Origin: an uncultured Acidimicrobiaceae bacterium
GTDB lineage: Bacteria; Actinomycetota; Acidimicrobiia; Spongiisociales; SHLN01
DNA: 64,000 bases
Assembly: GCA_947259275.1 (NCBI GenBank)
Contig: CAMYMH010000013.1
Span: forward strand, 38,896 to 102,895
Reading direction: 5' to 3'
A program made the translations under genes and the position numbers. This document shows, one piece after another, positions 20,021 through 29,173 of the stretch. Position 1 is the first letter of the stretch, and every line of letters starts with the position of its first letter. The notes beneath the pieces were generated by a model that did not search any database, was not told the DNA's origin, and worked only from the letters and a program-made list of their open reading frames with translations.

Positions 20021-21262
20021 GTGACGATACCGGTGAGGCATCGGCCATCGGGCGCGGGCCGCTCGGCTGGTGGCAGGCGTGTTCTCATGCTTCTCGAGAA
20101 CAACCCCTACCCACAGGATGGGCGTGTGCGTCGGGAAGCGGTCTCGCTGACCGAGGCCGGATACCGGGTTACGGTCATCTGCCCGGCTGCCTCAGGCCAG
20201 CGCTGGGCAGAGACAGTGAACGGCGTCCGGGTCTACCGATATCCAGTCCCGCCGAATCGGGGTAGCACCGCCGGATACATCCTTGAGTATTCCTACTCGC
20301 TCTTGGTGACGGGAATCGTGGCAGCCTACCTGGCGGTGGTGAGGGGTTTCGACGTAGTCCATGCCCACAACCCCCCCGAAACGTTGGCGCTGCTCGGCGG
20401 GATATTCAAGATCTTCGGAAAGCGTTTCGTGTTCGACCATCACGATCTGTCTCCAGAGATGTACCTGGCTCGTTTCGGGAAATCACCCGACGCCCGGGGT
20501 GTCATGTACCGAATTCTGCTGGCCCTCGAAACGCTGAGCTTTCGGTTGGCCGATCATGTCATCGCTAGCAACGAGTCCTACCGCGCGGTGGCCATGGAGC
20601 GCGGTGGGGTTGCCCTCGAGCAGACGACCGTTGTCCGCAACGGGCCCGACCTCGACCGCGTATATCTGAGGGCTCCCGACGAGGAGCTGCAAGCGAGGGC
20701 ACCAACGATCATCGCCTACGTTGGGGTGATGGGAATCCAGGACGGGGTCGACTACTTACTCCGCGCACTGCATCACCTCAAAGAGGATCTGGGTCGAACC
20801 GACTTCTGCGCGGTCTTGATGGGATCCGGCGATGCAGTACCCGCGCTCCACACCCTCTCGCTCGATTTGGGACTCGCCCACCAGGTGTGGTTCACGGGCA
20901 ATCTCTCCGATGACGAGCTGCTGATGCGCTACCTGTCGACCTCGGATATCGGAGTCGACCCGGGACCCTCAAACCCATACAACGATCGGTCGACGACCAT
21001 CAAAATCGGCGAGTACATGGCGCTTGCCAAACCGGTCGTTGCTTTTGACCTTCCCGAGCACCGCGTCACAGCTGGAGAGGCCGCTCTCTACGCCAAGCCG
21101 AACAGCGAGCCCGACTTCGCCCATAAGCTGGCTGAGCTGATGGACGACCCGGCGCAACGCAAACAAATGGGAGAGATCGGGCGAAATCGGATTGTCAACT
21201 CGCTGTCGTGGGCACATCAAGAGCCAAAGCTCCTGGCCGCTTACGAATCGATCACGAAGTGA
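20021..21262 (+). CDS. Glycosyltransferase family 4
   Basis: VLMLLENNPYPQDGRVRREA N-terminal GT4 pattern. C-terminal NDRSTTIKIGEYMALAKPVVAFD. The exact start is uncertain. Confidence 0.8.
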   Translation: MTIPVRHRPSGAGRSAGGRRVLMLLENNPYPQDGRVRREAVSLTEAGYRVTVICPAASGQRWAETVNGVRVYRYPVPPNRGSTAGYILEYSYSLLVTGIVAAYLAVVRGFDVVHAHNPPETLALLGGIFKIFGKRFVFDHHDLSPEMYLARFGKSPDARGVMYRILLALETLSFRLADHVIASNESYRAVAMERGGVALEQTTVVRNGPDLDRVYLRAPDEELQARAPTIIAYVGVMGIQDGVDYLLRALHHLKEDLGRTDFCAVLMGSGDAVPALHTLSLDLGLAHQVWFTGNLSDDELLMRYLSTSDIGVDPGPSNPYNDRSTTIKIGEYMALAKPVVAFDLPEHRVTAGEAALYAKPNSEPDFAHKLAELMDDPAQRKQMGEIGRNRIVNSLSWAHQEPKLLAAYESITK

Positions 21263-21288
21263 CCGGGGGCGCCACCAGACACGAACCC

Positions 21289-22374
21289 ATGATGCCGCCT
21301 GGTCGGAAGGACAACCGCGCGACCCAGGAGCTGGGGACCATAGTCACCCTGGATCCCACCGGGGATGACGACTGGCTCACCCTCGTCGCAGCCGGGGAAT
21401 CGGACGTCTTCCATTCCCCAGAATGGCTGCGCACCATCTCGTCCACTTACGGGTTCGAGATTGGCGCACAGGTGCTGGTGGGAGAATCTGGGCCGATGGC
21501 TGGGCTGCCCTATGCGGTGGTCGACGGAATCGGCGGTACCCGGGTCGTGTCGTTCCCGTTCTCCGACTATTGCGACCCGCTCGTCTCTTCACTCCACGAG
21601 TGGAAGCGTCTGACCGGCGGTCTGCTGGAGCATGGGTTAGCGACGGTCATCCGGTGCCTGCACAACGCGGTTCCCCTCGCCGACGAACGCTTCGCGGTTA
21701 CCAACAAAGCGCACTGGCACGCGGTCGACCTCCGGCCGGATGGAGACGACCCGTGGGAACACCTGGCGTCGTCCGCCAGACGAGCGATCCGCAAGTCGCG
21801 GTCGGCGAATGTCGATGTAGCCGCCGCCGAAACGCCTGCAGAGTTGCGAGCCTTCTACGATCTCCATCTACGCGTACGCAAGACCAAGTATCGGCTGCTC
21901 GCCCAACCGTTTGCGTTCTTCGAGAACCTTTGGCGTGAGTTCGTCGAGAACGACAGGGGAACGCTCATGGTGGCCCGGGTCGGGGGAGAACTGGCGGCCG
22001 GGGTGATGTTCCTGGAGTGGAAGGACCGCCTCTACTACAAACTCAACGCCTCCCAGCCGGAGTTTTCAGCGACGCGGCCGAACGATGCAATCATGTGGGC
22101 GGGGATCGAGTATGGCCGGGCGCGTGGGCACCGTCGGCTGGACCTCGGGCTCAGTGATTGGGACCAGGAAGGCCTGGTTCGGTACAAACGCAAGTACGCC
22201 TCGGAGGAGAAGGTCATCTCTTTCTTGTCACACCACCCCCAGGAGCCCACCCCGAGTGAGCCGACCCGGCTGGCCCAATTGATGCCCGGGCTGACGGACC
22301 TGCTCACCGATGAGCGGGTGCCAGACGAGATCACGGAACGGGCAGGAGACGCCCTCTACCGGTTCTTCGCCTAG
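21289..22374 (+). CDS. FemAB-like / GNAT-fold (Acetyltransf_6-type) acyl- or aminoacyl-transferase
   Basis: ATG at 21289 lies just past the upstream stop. HSPEWLRTISSTYGFE..., FYDLHLRVRKTKYRLLAQPFAFFENLW, LYYKLNAS, GHRRLDLGLS. The pattern is that of FemAB-related proteins found in EPS loci. Confidence 0.6.
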   Translation: MMPPGRKDNRATQELGTIVTLDPTGDDDWLTLVAAGESDVFHSPEWLRTISSTYGFEIGAQVLVGESGPMAGLPYAVVDGIGGTRVVSFPFSDYCDPLVSSLHEWKRLTGGLLEHGLATVIRCLHNAVPLADERFAVTNKAHWHAVDLRPDGDDPWEHLASSARRAIRKSRSANVDVAAAETPAELRAFYDLHLRVRKTKYRLLAQPFAFFENLWREFVENDRGTLMVARVGGELAAGVMFLEWKDRLYYKLNASQPEFSATRPNDAIMWAGIEYGRARGHRRLDLGLSDWDQEGLVRYKRKYASEEKVISFLSHHPQEPTPSEPTRLAQLMPGLTDLLTDERVPDEITERAGDALYRFFA

Positions 22375-22398
22375 GAGTCGAGCCCCGACTGCTACCGG

Positions 22399-23484
22399 CT
22401 AGTTGGCTCCGTGTGCTGCCAGTACCGCTTGATAGACGGCAAACGTCTTGGCCGCTACCGCCCCTTCGGAGTATTCGGCGCGCGCCTTTTCTCTGCCGTT
22501 GGCGCCCAAGCGGGCGCGAAGGTCCGGATCTTTGAGTAGCCGGATTATTGCGGAGGCCAGGGCGTCTTCGTCCCGGGGCGGAACCAAGTATCCCGTTTCG
22601 CCGTCATCGACTTGGGCGGGAAGGCCGCCCGCAGTGGTCGACACCACCGGTTTCGCAAAGCCATAGGCGGTGGGGATGACGCCGCTCTGGGTTGCATCGA
22701 CGTACGGGATGGCAACCACGCTCGCCCGCTGGAACAGCTCCGATGTTCGCTCAAAAGGTATGAATTCGTTGAGGATTTCAAAACGTTCTGGATGGACCAT
22801 CATCTGCCGGTAACGTCCGAAATCCTCCCCGGTACCGGCGATCAAGATGCGGGCGTCGGGAATTTCCGCCGTGATCAGTGGTTCCGCTCGGATCAGGTAT
22901 TCGAGACCCTTGTAGGGCCAGATACGACCAAAGAACAGAATCAGATTCCCGTCCTCATCCACGGAAGGGGACTCACCGCCGTCTCCAAGCGTCAAGTGGG
23001 GCACAACGTGGATTCGCTCGGCCGATATGCCTCGATCGGCGACGATATTTGCCACCTGATCGTTGTGCACGATGACTCCATCCGCCCTCCGGTAGGCGAT
23101 ATCGGCTATGAACTGCGGCGTCTTCCTGGTGGGCCGATCTCCCAAATGTGGCGTCGGGTCGTGGATGGTGACAACGAGAGGGTATTGCCGGAGAAGCGCA
23201 AGCGCCGGGTTGAACCAGAGGTATCCCTGCTGGAGATGGATCAGATCTGGTTCGAACTGTGCGATCTCGCTCCGGAGCTTGTTGATGGCCCCCAGCTGAC
23301 GGAAGGGATGGCGCATTCTCGGTCGGTGAAACGGCCGGAAATCAACTCCTGGATGCAGGCGTCGCAGGTGCGGTGCCGCCTGGCGGTCGGTCAGCCAGAG
23401 GCCCACCTCAGCGTGCTCGGCCAGGCCGCTCGCCAGGCGAATGCTGTATTCACCGAACCCGAACGAAACGAATGCAATCCTCAT
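22399..23484 (-). CDS. Glycosyltransferase family 4
   Basis: MRIAFVSFGFGEY N-terminus. C-terminal GVIPTAYGFAKPVVSTTAGGLPAQVDDGETGYLV. Confidence 0.85.
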   Translation of the reverse strand: MRIAFVSFGFGEYSIRLASGLAEHAEVGLWLTDRQAAPHLRRLHPGVDFRPFHRPRMRHPFRQLGAINKLRSEIAQFEPDLIHLQQGYLWFNPALALLRQYPLVVTIHDPTPHLGDRPTRKTPQFIADIAYRRADGVIVHNDQVANIVADRGISAERIHVVPHLTLGDGGESPSVDEDGNLILFFGRIWPYKGLEYLIRAEPLITAEIPDARILIAGTGEDFGRYRQMMVHPERFEILNEFIPFERTSELFQRASVVAIPYVDATQSGVIPTAYGFAKPVVSTTAGGLPAQVDDGETGYLVPPRDEDALASAIIRLLKDPDLRARLGANGREKARAEYSEGAVAAKTFAVYQAVLAAHGAN

Positions 23485-23501
23485 CGGGGAAACTCCTCGT
23501 C

Positions 23502-23517
23502 CGTGAGCCTCTTCACG
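23502..23517. promoter_or_regulatory. Weak CRP-like palindrome CGTGA-N6-TCACG upstream of GT4 gene
   Basis: cgtgagcctcttcacg lies 18-33 nt upstream of the GT4 start at 23484. The core GTGA-N6-TCAC is intact. Confidence 0.25.
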
Positions 23518-23587
23518 GGTGGGCGAGCTGCGCCCATTAGCGTACAGACCGGCCTGAGCTCAGAGTCTGCATGGTGAGAGCCTGGCG

Positions 23588-24820
23588 TCAGAAGCCGGCG
23601 CTTGGTCCTCTCCGGGTTCGGCTGATGGCGGCATCATCCACATAGATCGTGTGAGTGGCTGGTGCCGTGTGGCTTGCGTAGTTGTTGAGGGTCCAGACTC
23701 GTGGTCGGTACTTGTACGGCATGTCTAGCTCTGTGTGCAGGCCCGACCGGTCGAAGATCTTGACACCGTCTTGCCAGCATGCAATCGTGCCGTCCGCCGC
23801 CTTTGACCAGCCGTAGTAACACTCGAGGTGGGTCCATTTTCCGATCGGTACCGGGAGCGTCGATTCCTGGAGCGTGAAATGGTTCGTGGTGTGATTGCCG
23901 CTGGCATCCACCGCAGTGCGCAGCCGGTAGGTCATCGTCCCGTCGGGATGGTCGTCGAGGAGCACGAAGTACAGCAGCTTGTGAGTCAGGGAGTTGTTGG
24001 AGCCGGCCACCTCTTGCTTCCATTGGAAGACGAGCCACCACGTGTTCTCCACGAACTGCGGGTAGTAGTACCAAGCGCTGAAGTAACCGCTCGGTAGGTT
24101 TTCGGCGGTGGTGGGCCCGAGCTCCGGCTGCACAACGGCCCGTACGCCCGGTGATGCCCCGTTCCCATCGGCATCGTAGATCGTCAATGCCATCGACTGA
24201 TTGCCGCTGTGGGCCAGGTCGGTGGCGATCTCTGCACCTGCCGAGCCACTGATATCGAACTGAAGGTAGTAGTCGCGGAGCCGGTCGGACTCGTGGTCCG
24301 CCGACCATAGGAGACTGGGACCGGACGGCGGTGCCGTGGTTGAGGTGGACGTGCTGGTTGAGGTGGACGTGCTGGTTGAGGTGGACGTGCTGGTTGAGGT
24401 GGACGTGCTGGTTGAGGTGGACCTGCTGGTTGAGGTGGTCGCTGGAGGAGGCGTTGTGGTCGTCGTTGCCAATGAGGTTGTGGCCGGTGATTCCGTAGTC
24501 GGCGTCCCGGTGACCGTTGACGGGGGCGTCGTCGGGGTGGGAACTACAGTCGGCGCCGTACTAGGCGTTGGGGCCGTTGTGGCGAACAACGAGACGGGCG
24601 TTGTCGTGGAAGAGGCGGTGTGCGCCGGATTGTTGGAGGTCGGCTCGGTCAAGCTCAGAGCGGCCGGCCCCGGGCCACTCGATGTGGGTGTGGCCAGTGC
24701 TACCGAGACGGCCACCAACGGGCCGACAAGGAACGTGACTATGAATGCGGCTGGTAGGAGTCGGCGAATGCCGCCAGCTTTTCGGGTTATGATGTCCTCT
24801 CCTCTCCAGCATTCGGTCAC
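23588..24820 (-). CDS. Secreted/anchored protein: N-terminal TM/signal, Thr/Pro/Ser-rich linker with (ST)n run, C-terminal ConA-like polysaccharide-lyase-like domain
   Basis: LLPAAFIVTFLVGPLVAVSVALA, then a T/P/S-rich tract including STSTST... C-terminal domain with WYYYPQF, WWLVFQWK, WTHLECYY, IYVDDAAI. This recalls the heparin-lyase-I/PL20-type jelly-roll (from memory, unverified). Confidence 0.55.
   Translation of the reverse strand: MTECWRGEDIITRKAGGIRRLLPAAFIVTFLVGPLVAVSVALATPTSSGPGPAALSLTEPTSNNPAHTASSTTTPVSLFATTAPTPSTAPTVVPTPTTPPSTVTGTPTTESPATTSLATTTTTPPPATTSTSRSTSTSTSTSTSTSTSTSTSTSTSTSTSTTAPPSGPSLLWSADHESDRLRDYYLQFDISGSAGAEIATDLAHSGNQSMALTIYDADGNGASPGVRAVVQPELGPTTAENLPSGYFSAWYYYPQFVENTWWLVFQWKQEVAGSNNSLTHKLLYFVLLDDHPDGTMTYRLRTAVDASGNHTTNHFTLQESTLPVPIGKWTHLECYYGWSKAADGTIACWQDGVKIFDRSGLHTELDMPYKYRPRVWTLNNYASHTAPATHTIYVDDAAISRTRRGPSAGF
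24331..24440 (-). repeat. 18-nt tandem repeat (about 6 units, 4 perfect) encoding (Ser-Thr)n
   Basis: gtgctggttgaggtggac is repeated head-to-tail over 24351-24422, with degenerate units at both ends. On the minus strand it reads tcc acc tca acc agc acg = STSTST. Confidence 0.95.
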
Positions 24821-24881
24821 TCGTAGTGGTGAGTATCGTCATATCAGGTGGCTACCCTTAATCATGGAGTCGCGGTCGCCA

Positions 24882-26390
24882 TCAGGCCTGGCCACTCACC
24901 GAGCGCAGTTGCTTCCGAAGTTGGGTGTATCCGCCGGCGCCAAGGATGTGGAGCAGGAACAAGGCGGACAGGTAGACGACAGCACCCGCTGAGATCCTGA
25001 GCCACAGTTGCATGCCGGGTGTCGCCAGCAGGACTCCTGCCATCACACTGGCGGCGACGGCTGGCTTCCAGACCCACTTGATGATGTCGAATCTCCCAAA
25101 CAGCCGCCACAGCGGCACGTAGTGCTGCACAACGTTGAGTATCCCAACGGTCATCGACGCCAGCGCGGCTCCGACAACATCGAACTCGCGAACGAGGACA
25201 AAAGAAGTCGCGACCAGGATGATCGTGTTCGTGAGCGCGATTCGGAACGAAAGCGCTTCACGCTGGGTTGCCCAGAGTATCCGGCCGAGTATCGCCGTCA
25301 GTGCCACCCCCAGCATGCTCCACACCAGAATTCTCAACACGACCACCGATTCGAGGAAATCAGGATCGCTGTATACGAACAGCAGGATCGACCCCGCCAG
25401 GACGAACAGCAGCGTCACCGCGGGTATGGCGAGCGTGATTGTGAACTCAACCAGCCGCCCGCTGAGACGGCCGAGCCGAGACTTCCCCGACTCGAATTGT
25501 CTGACCATCGCCGGGAAGACGCCCTGGCCGATCGCCTGAAAGATGAGGTAGAGGGGAACCAATAGCTGGCGGGCGGCGACGAAGACGCCGACTGCGACCT
25601 CGCCCGCGAAACGTGAGAGGAAGATGACATTGACGGCACCTCGGATCGCGTTCATCCCGTCTATGCCCAGGAACGGCATGGACGACTTCAGCATCGACGG
25701 CACGAAGTGGACATGTACCCGTGCCGACAGCCGGGTGACCCTCGTGACGAGCAAAAGCCAATGGACCGCGGCAATTGTCGTGTAGGCGACGACGATCGAT
25801 AGCGCAACCATGTCAACGCCATGGCCGGAATTCAAGATTGCGAACGCCACGCCGGTTTGTACGATCCAAATTGGCGAATTCGAAAGGGCTACGTATTTGC
25901 TACGTTCCCAGGCGACGAACGTCGCTTCGGTCAGTTGCATCAGCGCGAACGGAGCCATCGCGAGGAAGAGGATCAAAATGACTCGGGACGTGTCCGCCGA
26001 GTAGTCCATCACCTCTGCGAAGCCCCAGATGACAGGCCAGGAGGCGGCCGCGCTCACAACGATGATGGCGCTGGCGGTCATGAGATATTTCGATGTCTCG
26101 GTACGATCCTTGGCGACCGCCCGCGTTGTCAACGTCTCCAGCCCGAGGAGCACGAAGCGTTGGACGAGGTAGAGCAGCGAGGTCGCCAGCGCCAGTTGTC
26201 CGAGCTCACGGGCACCGAGGAACCGTGCCACCATGGCATACACGACGAAGCTGGTGGCACGGTTGACGGCGTTGCTCGTGACCAACGAGCCCACGTTTGA
26301 GGCGAGTAGCCCAATTCCCCCTGATCGTTGGGCGCCCTCCGACGGGCCACTCACGTGGCCGGTTCCGGCTCGTTCCGCCGGTTCGGTCAC
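24882..26390 (-). CDS. Wzx-type oligosaccharide/polysaccharide flippase (MOP superfamily)
   Basis: 502 aa and polytopic. N-terminal NVGSLVTSNAVNRATSFVVYAMVARFLGARELGQ is typical of polysaccharide biosynthesis (Wzx) proteins. Confidence 0.8.
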   Translation of the reverse strand: MTEPAERAGTGHVSGPSEGAQRSGGIGLLASNVGSLVTSNAVNRATSFVVYAMVARFLGARELGQLALATSLLYLVQRFVLLGLETLTTRAVAKDRTETSKYLMTASAIIVVSAAASWPVIWGFAEVMDYSADTSRVILILFLAMAPFALMQLTEATFVAWERSKYVALSNSPIWIVQTGVAFAILNSGHGVDMVALSIVVAYTTIAAVHWLLLVTRVTRLSARVHVHFVPSMLKSSMPFLGIDGMNAIRGAVNVIFLSRFAGEVAVGVFVAARQLLVPLYLIFQAIGQGVFPAMVRQFESGKSRLGRLSGRLVEFTITLAIPAVTLLFVLAGSILLFVYSDPDFLESVVVLRILVWSMLGVALTAILGRILWATQREALSFRIALTNTIILVATSFVLVREFDVVGAALASMTVGILNVVQHYVPLWRLFGRFDIIKWVWKPAVAASVMAGVLLATPGMQLWLRISAGAVVYLSALFLLHILGAGGYTQLRKQLRSVSGQA

Positions 26391-27883
26391 TCGGCCGCCC
26401 GCACGGAACTATGGGTTCCTGCGGACGCCGGGAAGGCATCCTGCTCCAGGCCGGCAGGCGTGGAGTTGCTGACTCGCCCGGCCCTGGGAATCACAAGAAT
26501 CAAGGCGATCACCACCCAAAGCATCTGGATCTGGGGACGGAAGTGGAAGCGGTCGACCGTCATATGGATCATGTTCGCCACGATGCCGGCAGCCAGCCCG
26601 AGGGCGATCGGAGCAAGCAGCCGATCGCCGGTGGTGGATCCGCGCCAACCGGTTCGGATTGCGGAGACCAACACCCATAGGAAGGCCAGCAGCGCCAGAA
26701 TGCCGGTTTCGGCCCACACCAGCAGGTATTTGTTGTGGACCGTGGCGATCCAATCGCGACTGAATTCAACCGTGACGTACGGATCGAGCGATGCTGCAAA
26801 GTTGTTAGCCCCCACGCCGAAGAGGGGAGCGTCTCGGATCATCTCGAAAGCCAAATCCATCAACGGGAGACGCGAGCGGGCGGCCTGATTGTTGTACTCG
26901 CCGACCCGAAGCAGAATCTCATCCTGGAACATGACGAAGAACAGCAGTGCGGCCGCCACCACAGCCACCGGTGCTAAGCCCACCAGCCACTTTCGACGCC
27001 AGGCCACCACCAGCATCCACCCAATCGACACGGCGAAGCCAAACCAGGCGCCCCGCGAGAAGGACATCACCAGCACTACCGATCCCAGGGCAAAGGCGAG
27101 GCCGCCGAGTCGTCGGTAGAGCCGGTCTGCCGAACTGAGGGCGAGCCCGAGGGCTACGGGGAGCAGGAGGGTCAGGTAGGCGCCGAGGTTGTTGGGGGAT
27201 TTGAATGTTCCTAGCACGCGACCATCGTCGATGTCCACCTTGGTGGTCCGCCACAGCGGCATGTCCGCATCGGCGATTCCCACTGCCAGCCCGCCAACAC
27301 CTTGGAGGATGAGTCCGGCAATGAGGACCATGAGGACGAACATGACATCTCGGCGAGTTCGGAAATGGTGGAGGAGGTAAAGGAACAGCAAGATCGCTTG
27401 AGCGAGGATGACGATCTCGTAGAGCGCCAACAGAACATCCCCCGCGACCACGATCGAGATCACTACAAGAGCGAGGTAGACGAGCGAAGGGAGCCCCGCC
27501 TTGAGATCCAGGTTCCGCCGAGTTATCCCGGCGGCGACTTCGGCGCCCCAAAGACTGTAGAGGGCCACCAGGACGATCGTGGTGACCGATATGTTGAAGC
27601 CGCTCACCGTGCTCGACTCTGAGATGGCGACCTCGTGGTTCAGATAAATGTCCAGCTGGATCGGTATCTCCAGTAGAGCAAGCGCCAGCAGGACCCGCTT
27701 GAGCACCGGGATGCTGAGCGTCACGAGGAACACGAGCATGACCGCGAGGATCGCCAAGCTGACGATCGAACCATTGGCTGCGAGCAGCAGGAAGGTGCCT
27801 GCCGCCAGGCCGACCACCACCGCCGCCATCGGACGAGGGAACACGTCCCGCCGACCCACGCCTGTCTCTCGCATTCCGTTCAC
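26387..27883 (-). CDS. O-antigen polymerase/ligase-family (Wzy-like) membrane protein
   Basis: 498 aa with at least 10 hydrophobic segments. SFSRGAWFGFAVSIGW loop motif region. 4-nt overlap with the flippase gene. Confidence 0.75.
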   Translation of the reverse strand: MNGMRETGVGRRDVFPRPMAAVVVGLAAGTFLLLAANGSIVSLAILAVMLVFLVTLSIPVLKRVLLALALLEIPIQLDIYLNHEVAISESSTVSGFNISVTTIVLVALYSLWGAEVAAGITRRNLDLKAGLPSLVYLALVVISIVVAGDVLLALYEIVILAQAILLFLYLLHHFRTRRDVMFVLMVLIAGLILQGVGGLAVGIADADMPLWRTTKVDIDDGRVLGTFKSPNNLGAYLTLLLPVALGLALSSADRLYRRLGGLAFALGSVVLVMSFSRGAWFGFAVSIGWMLVVAWRRKWLVGLAPVAVVAAALLFFVMFQDEILLRVGEYNNQAARSRLPLMDLAFEMIRDAPLFGVGANNFAASLDPYVTVEFSRDWIATVHNKYLLVWAETGILALLAFLWVLVSAIRTGWRGSTTGDRLLAPIALGLAAGIVANMIHMTVDRFHFRPQIQMLWVVIALILVIPRAGRVSNSTPAGLEQDAFPASAGTHSSVRAAE

Positions 27884-28014
27884 CCTGACGCCCTTCCGCC
27901 TGAGGCCGGGTTCCCCGCCGGGAGCGCGCGGATGAGGCGCTCTCGGTAGGGGACCGGGGGGATTGTAGGCGGCTGCTCCATGGTTGTCGTCGGCGGCATA
28001 CGCCTATGACATGG

Positions 28015-29136
28015 TCATGCGCGACTGGATCGAAGATTCGACCAGCGCGAATTCGAGGATTGCGGAGCCGGCGTTCCCAGTATGTTGGCGGTCGAGCCGA
28101 CGCCGGAAGTCATCTCACGCCGCAGCGGTGCCTTGGTGTACATGTATCCCAGGACGGGGGTACCGATGAGTTCCATTCGGTTGGCGAGATCGGCGAGCTG
28201 CTTGGCGGAGCTCTGGTGTTCAACCAGCACCACGGAGGCCTCGGTGTAGGCCGCCAGGGTGCTGGCATAGGCAACCTGTAGGAGTGGGGGGCAATCGACG
28301 ATCACCAGATCGTAGAGCACCGGCAGGTGGGCGAAGAACTCCCTGGCCAGCGCCGATTGAAAGAAGCTGGCCGGATCGACGTTCGAGCTGCCGCGCGACA
28401 ACAGTGAAACGGATCTGCCTTCTCCGAGCGATACTTCAACCAGGGCCTTGAGTAGGTGCACCTCGCCGTGCACCACGTCGGTGAGTCCCTGCTTGGGAGT
28501 CTCGTCCACCAGCAACGAGGTGAGGGTCTGGCTTGCGAAGTCCCCATCGACTAGGAGGATCCGCTTGCCTTCGCGGGCCGCAGCCATGCCTGCATTCGCC
28601 ACTGTGGCAGTCTTGCCGCCTCCAACAATGGCCGAGACCACCGACACCATGCGGGTGTCGGTCGCCGATGCGCGAATGTCGATGGCGGCGGCCGCAAACC
28701 GAAACGCCTCGGCCGAGGCAGACGAGGGGGCGTCTTTGACCGGGAGTGGGGACGAGATGCCTTCGTATGCGAAATCGGGCACCTCAGCCAGCAAGGGAGC
28801 GAGCAGGACCCGTTCCGGGAACTCCCGTGACGTAACCGCTTGGCCGCGCAGCGAGAGGAGATGGGCGAGAATTGCGGCGACGGCCAGCCCGAGCACCAGG
28901 CTCCCAGCCATAACCAGAGCGTCGCCGATGCCGGCCGGATTCACCGGAAGCGCCGCCGGGGATGCCAGGGTCACTCCGCTGGCCGCCAGCTCGGCGTCAA
29001 CCGAGATGGCGTTGCGGCGGGCGGCGAGCGCGGCACGCTCGGCGATGGCGGCGTCCTGCTCGGCCAATAGGCCTGATAGCTCCTCGTTGGCGATCTCGAT
29101 GTTCAGCAGCGCCTGCCAGGCCTGGAAGTCCCTCAA
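28015..29136 (-). CDS. C-terminal part of a polysaccharide co-polymerase/BY-kinase (coiled coil, TM2, P-loop kinase domain)
   Basis: Walker A SAIVGGGKTAT, Walker A' ILLVDGDF, Walker B LVIVDCPPLL, preceded by TM LVMAGSLVLGLAVAAILAHLL. The frame is open upstream to 29194 and overlaps the end of the Wzz-like ORF. Confidence 0.8.
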   Translation of the reverse strand: MRDFQAWQALLNIEIANEELSGLLAEQDAAIAERAALAARRNAISVDAELAASGVTLASPAALPVNPAGIGDALVMAGSLVLGLAVAAILAHLLSLRGQAVTSREFPERVLLAPLLAEVPDFAYEGISSPLPVKDAPSSASAEAFRFAAAAIDIRASATDTRMVSVVSAIVGGGKTATVANAGMAAAREGKRILLVDGDFASQTLTSLLVDETPKQGLTDVVHGEVHLLKALVEVSLGEGRSVSLLSRGSSNVDPASFFQSALAREFFAHLPVLYDLVIVDCPPLLQVAYASTLAAYTEASVVLVEHQSSAKQLADLANRMELIGTPVLGYMYTKAPLRREMTSGVGSTANILGTPAPQSSNSRWSNLRSSRA

Positions 29137-29173
29137 GAGCTCATCGATCTGGGCGTTGATGGCGACTCGTTCG

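Noticed and set aside
24331-24440. Regular short repeats that might be mistaken for a CRISPR array.
   Set aside because: The units are contiguous 18-mers with no spacers. They are in frame within a coding sequence and translate to (ST)n.
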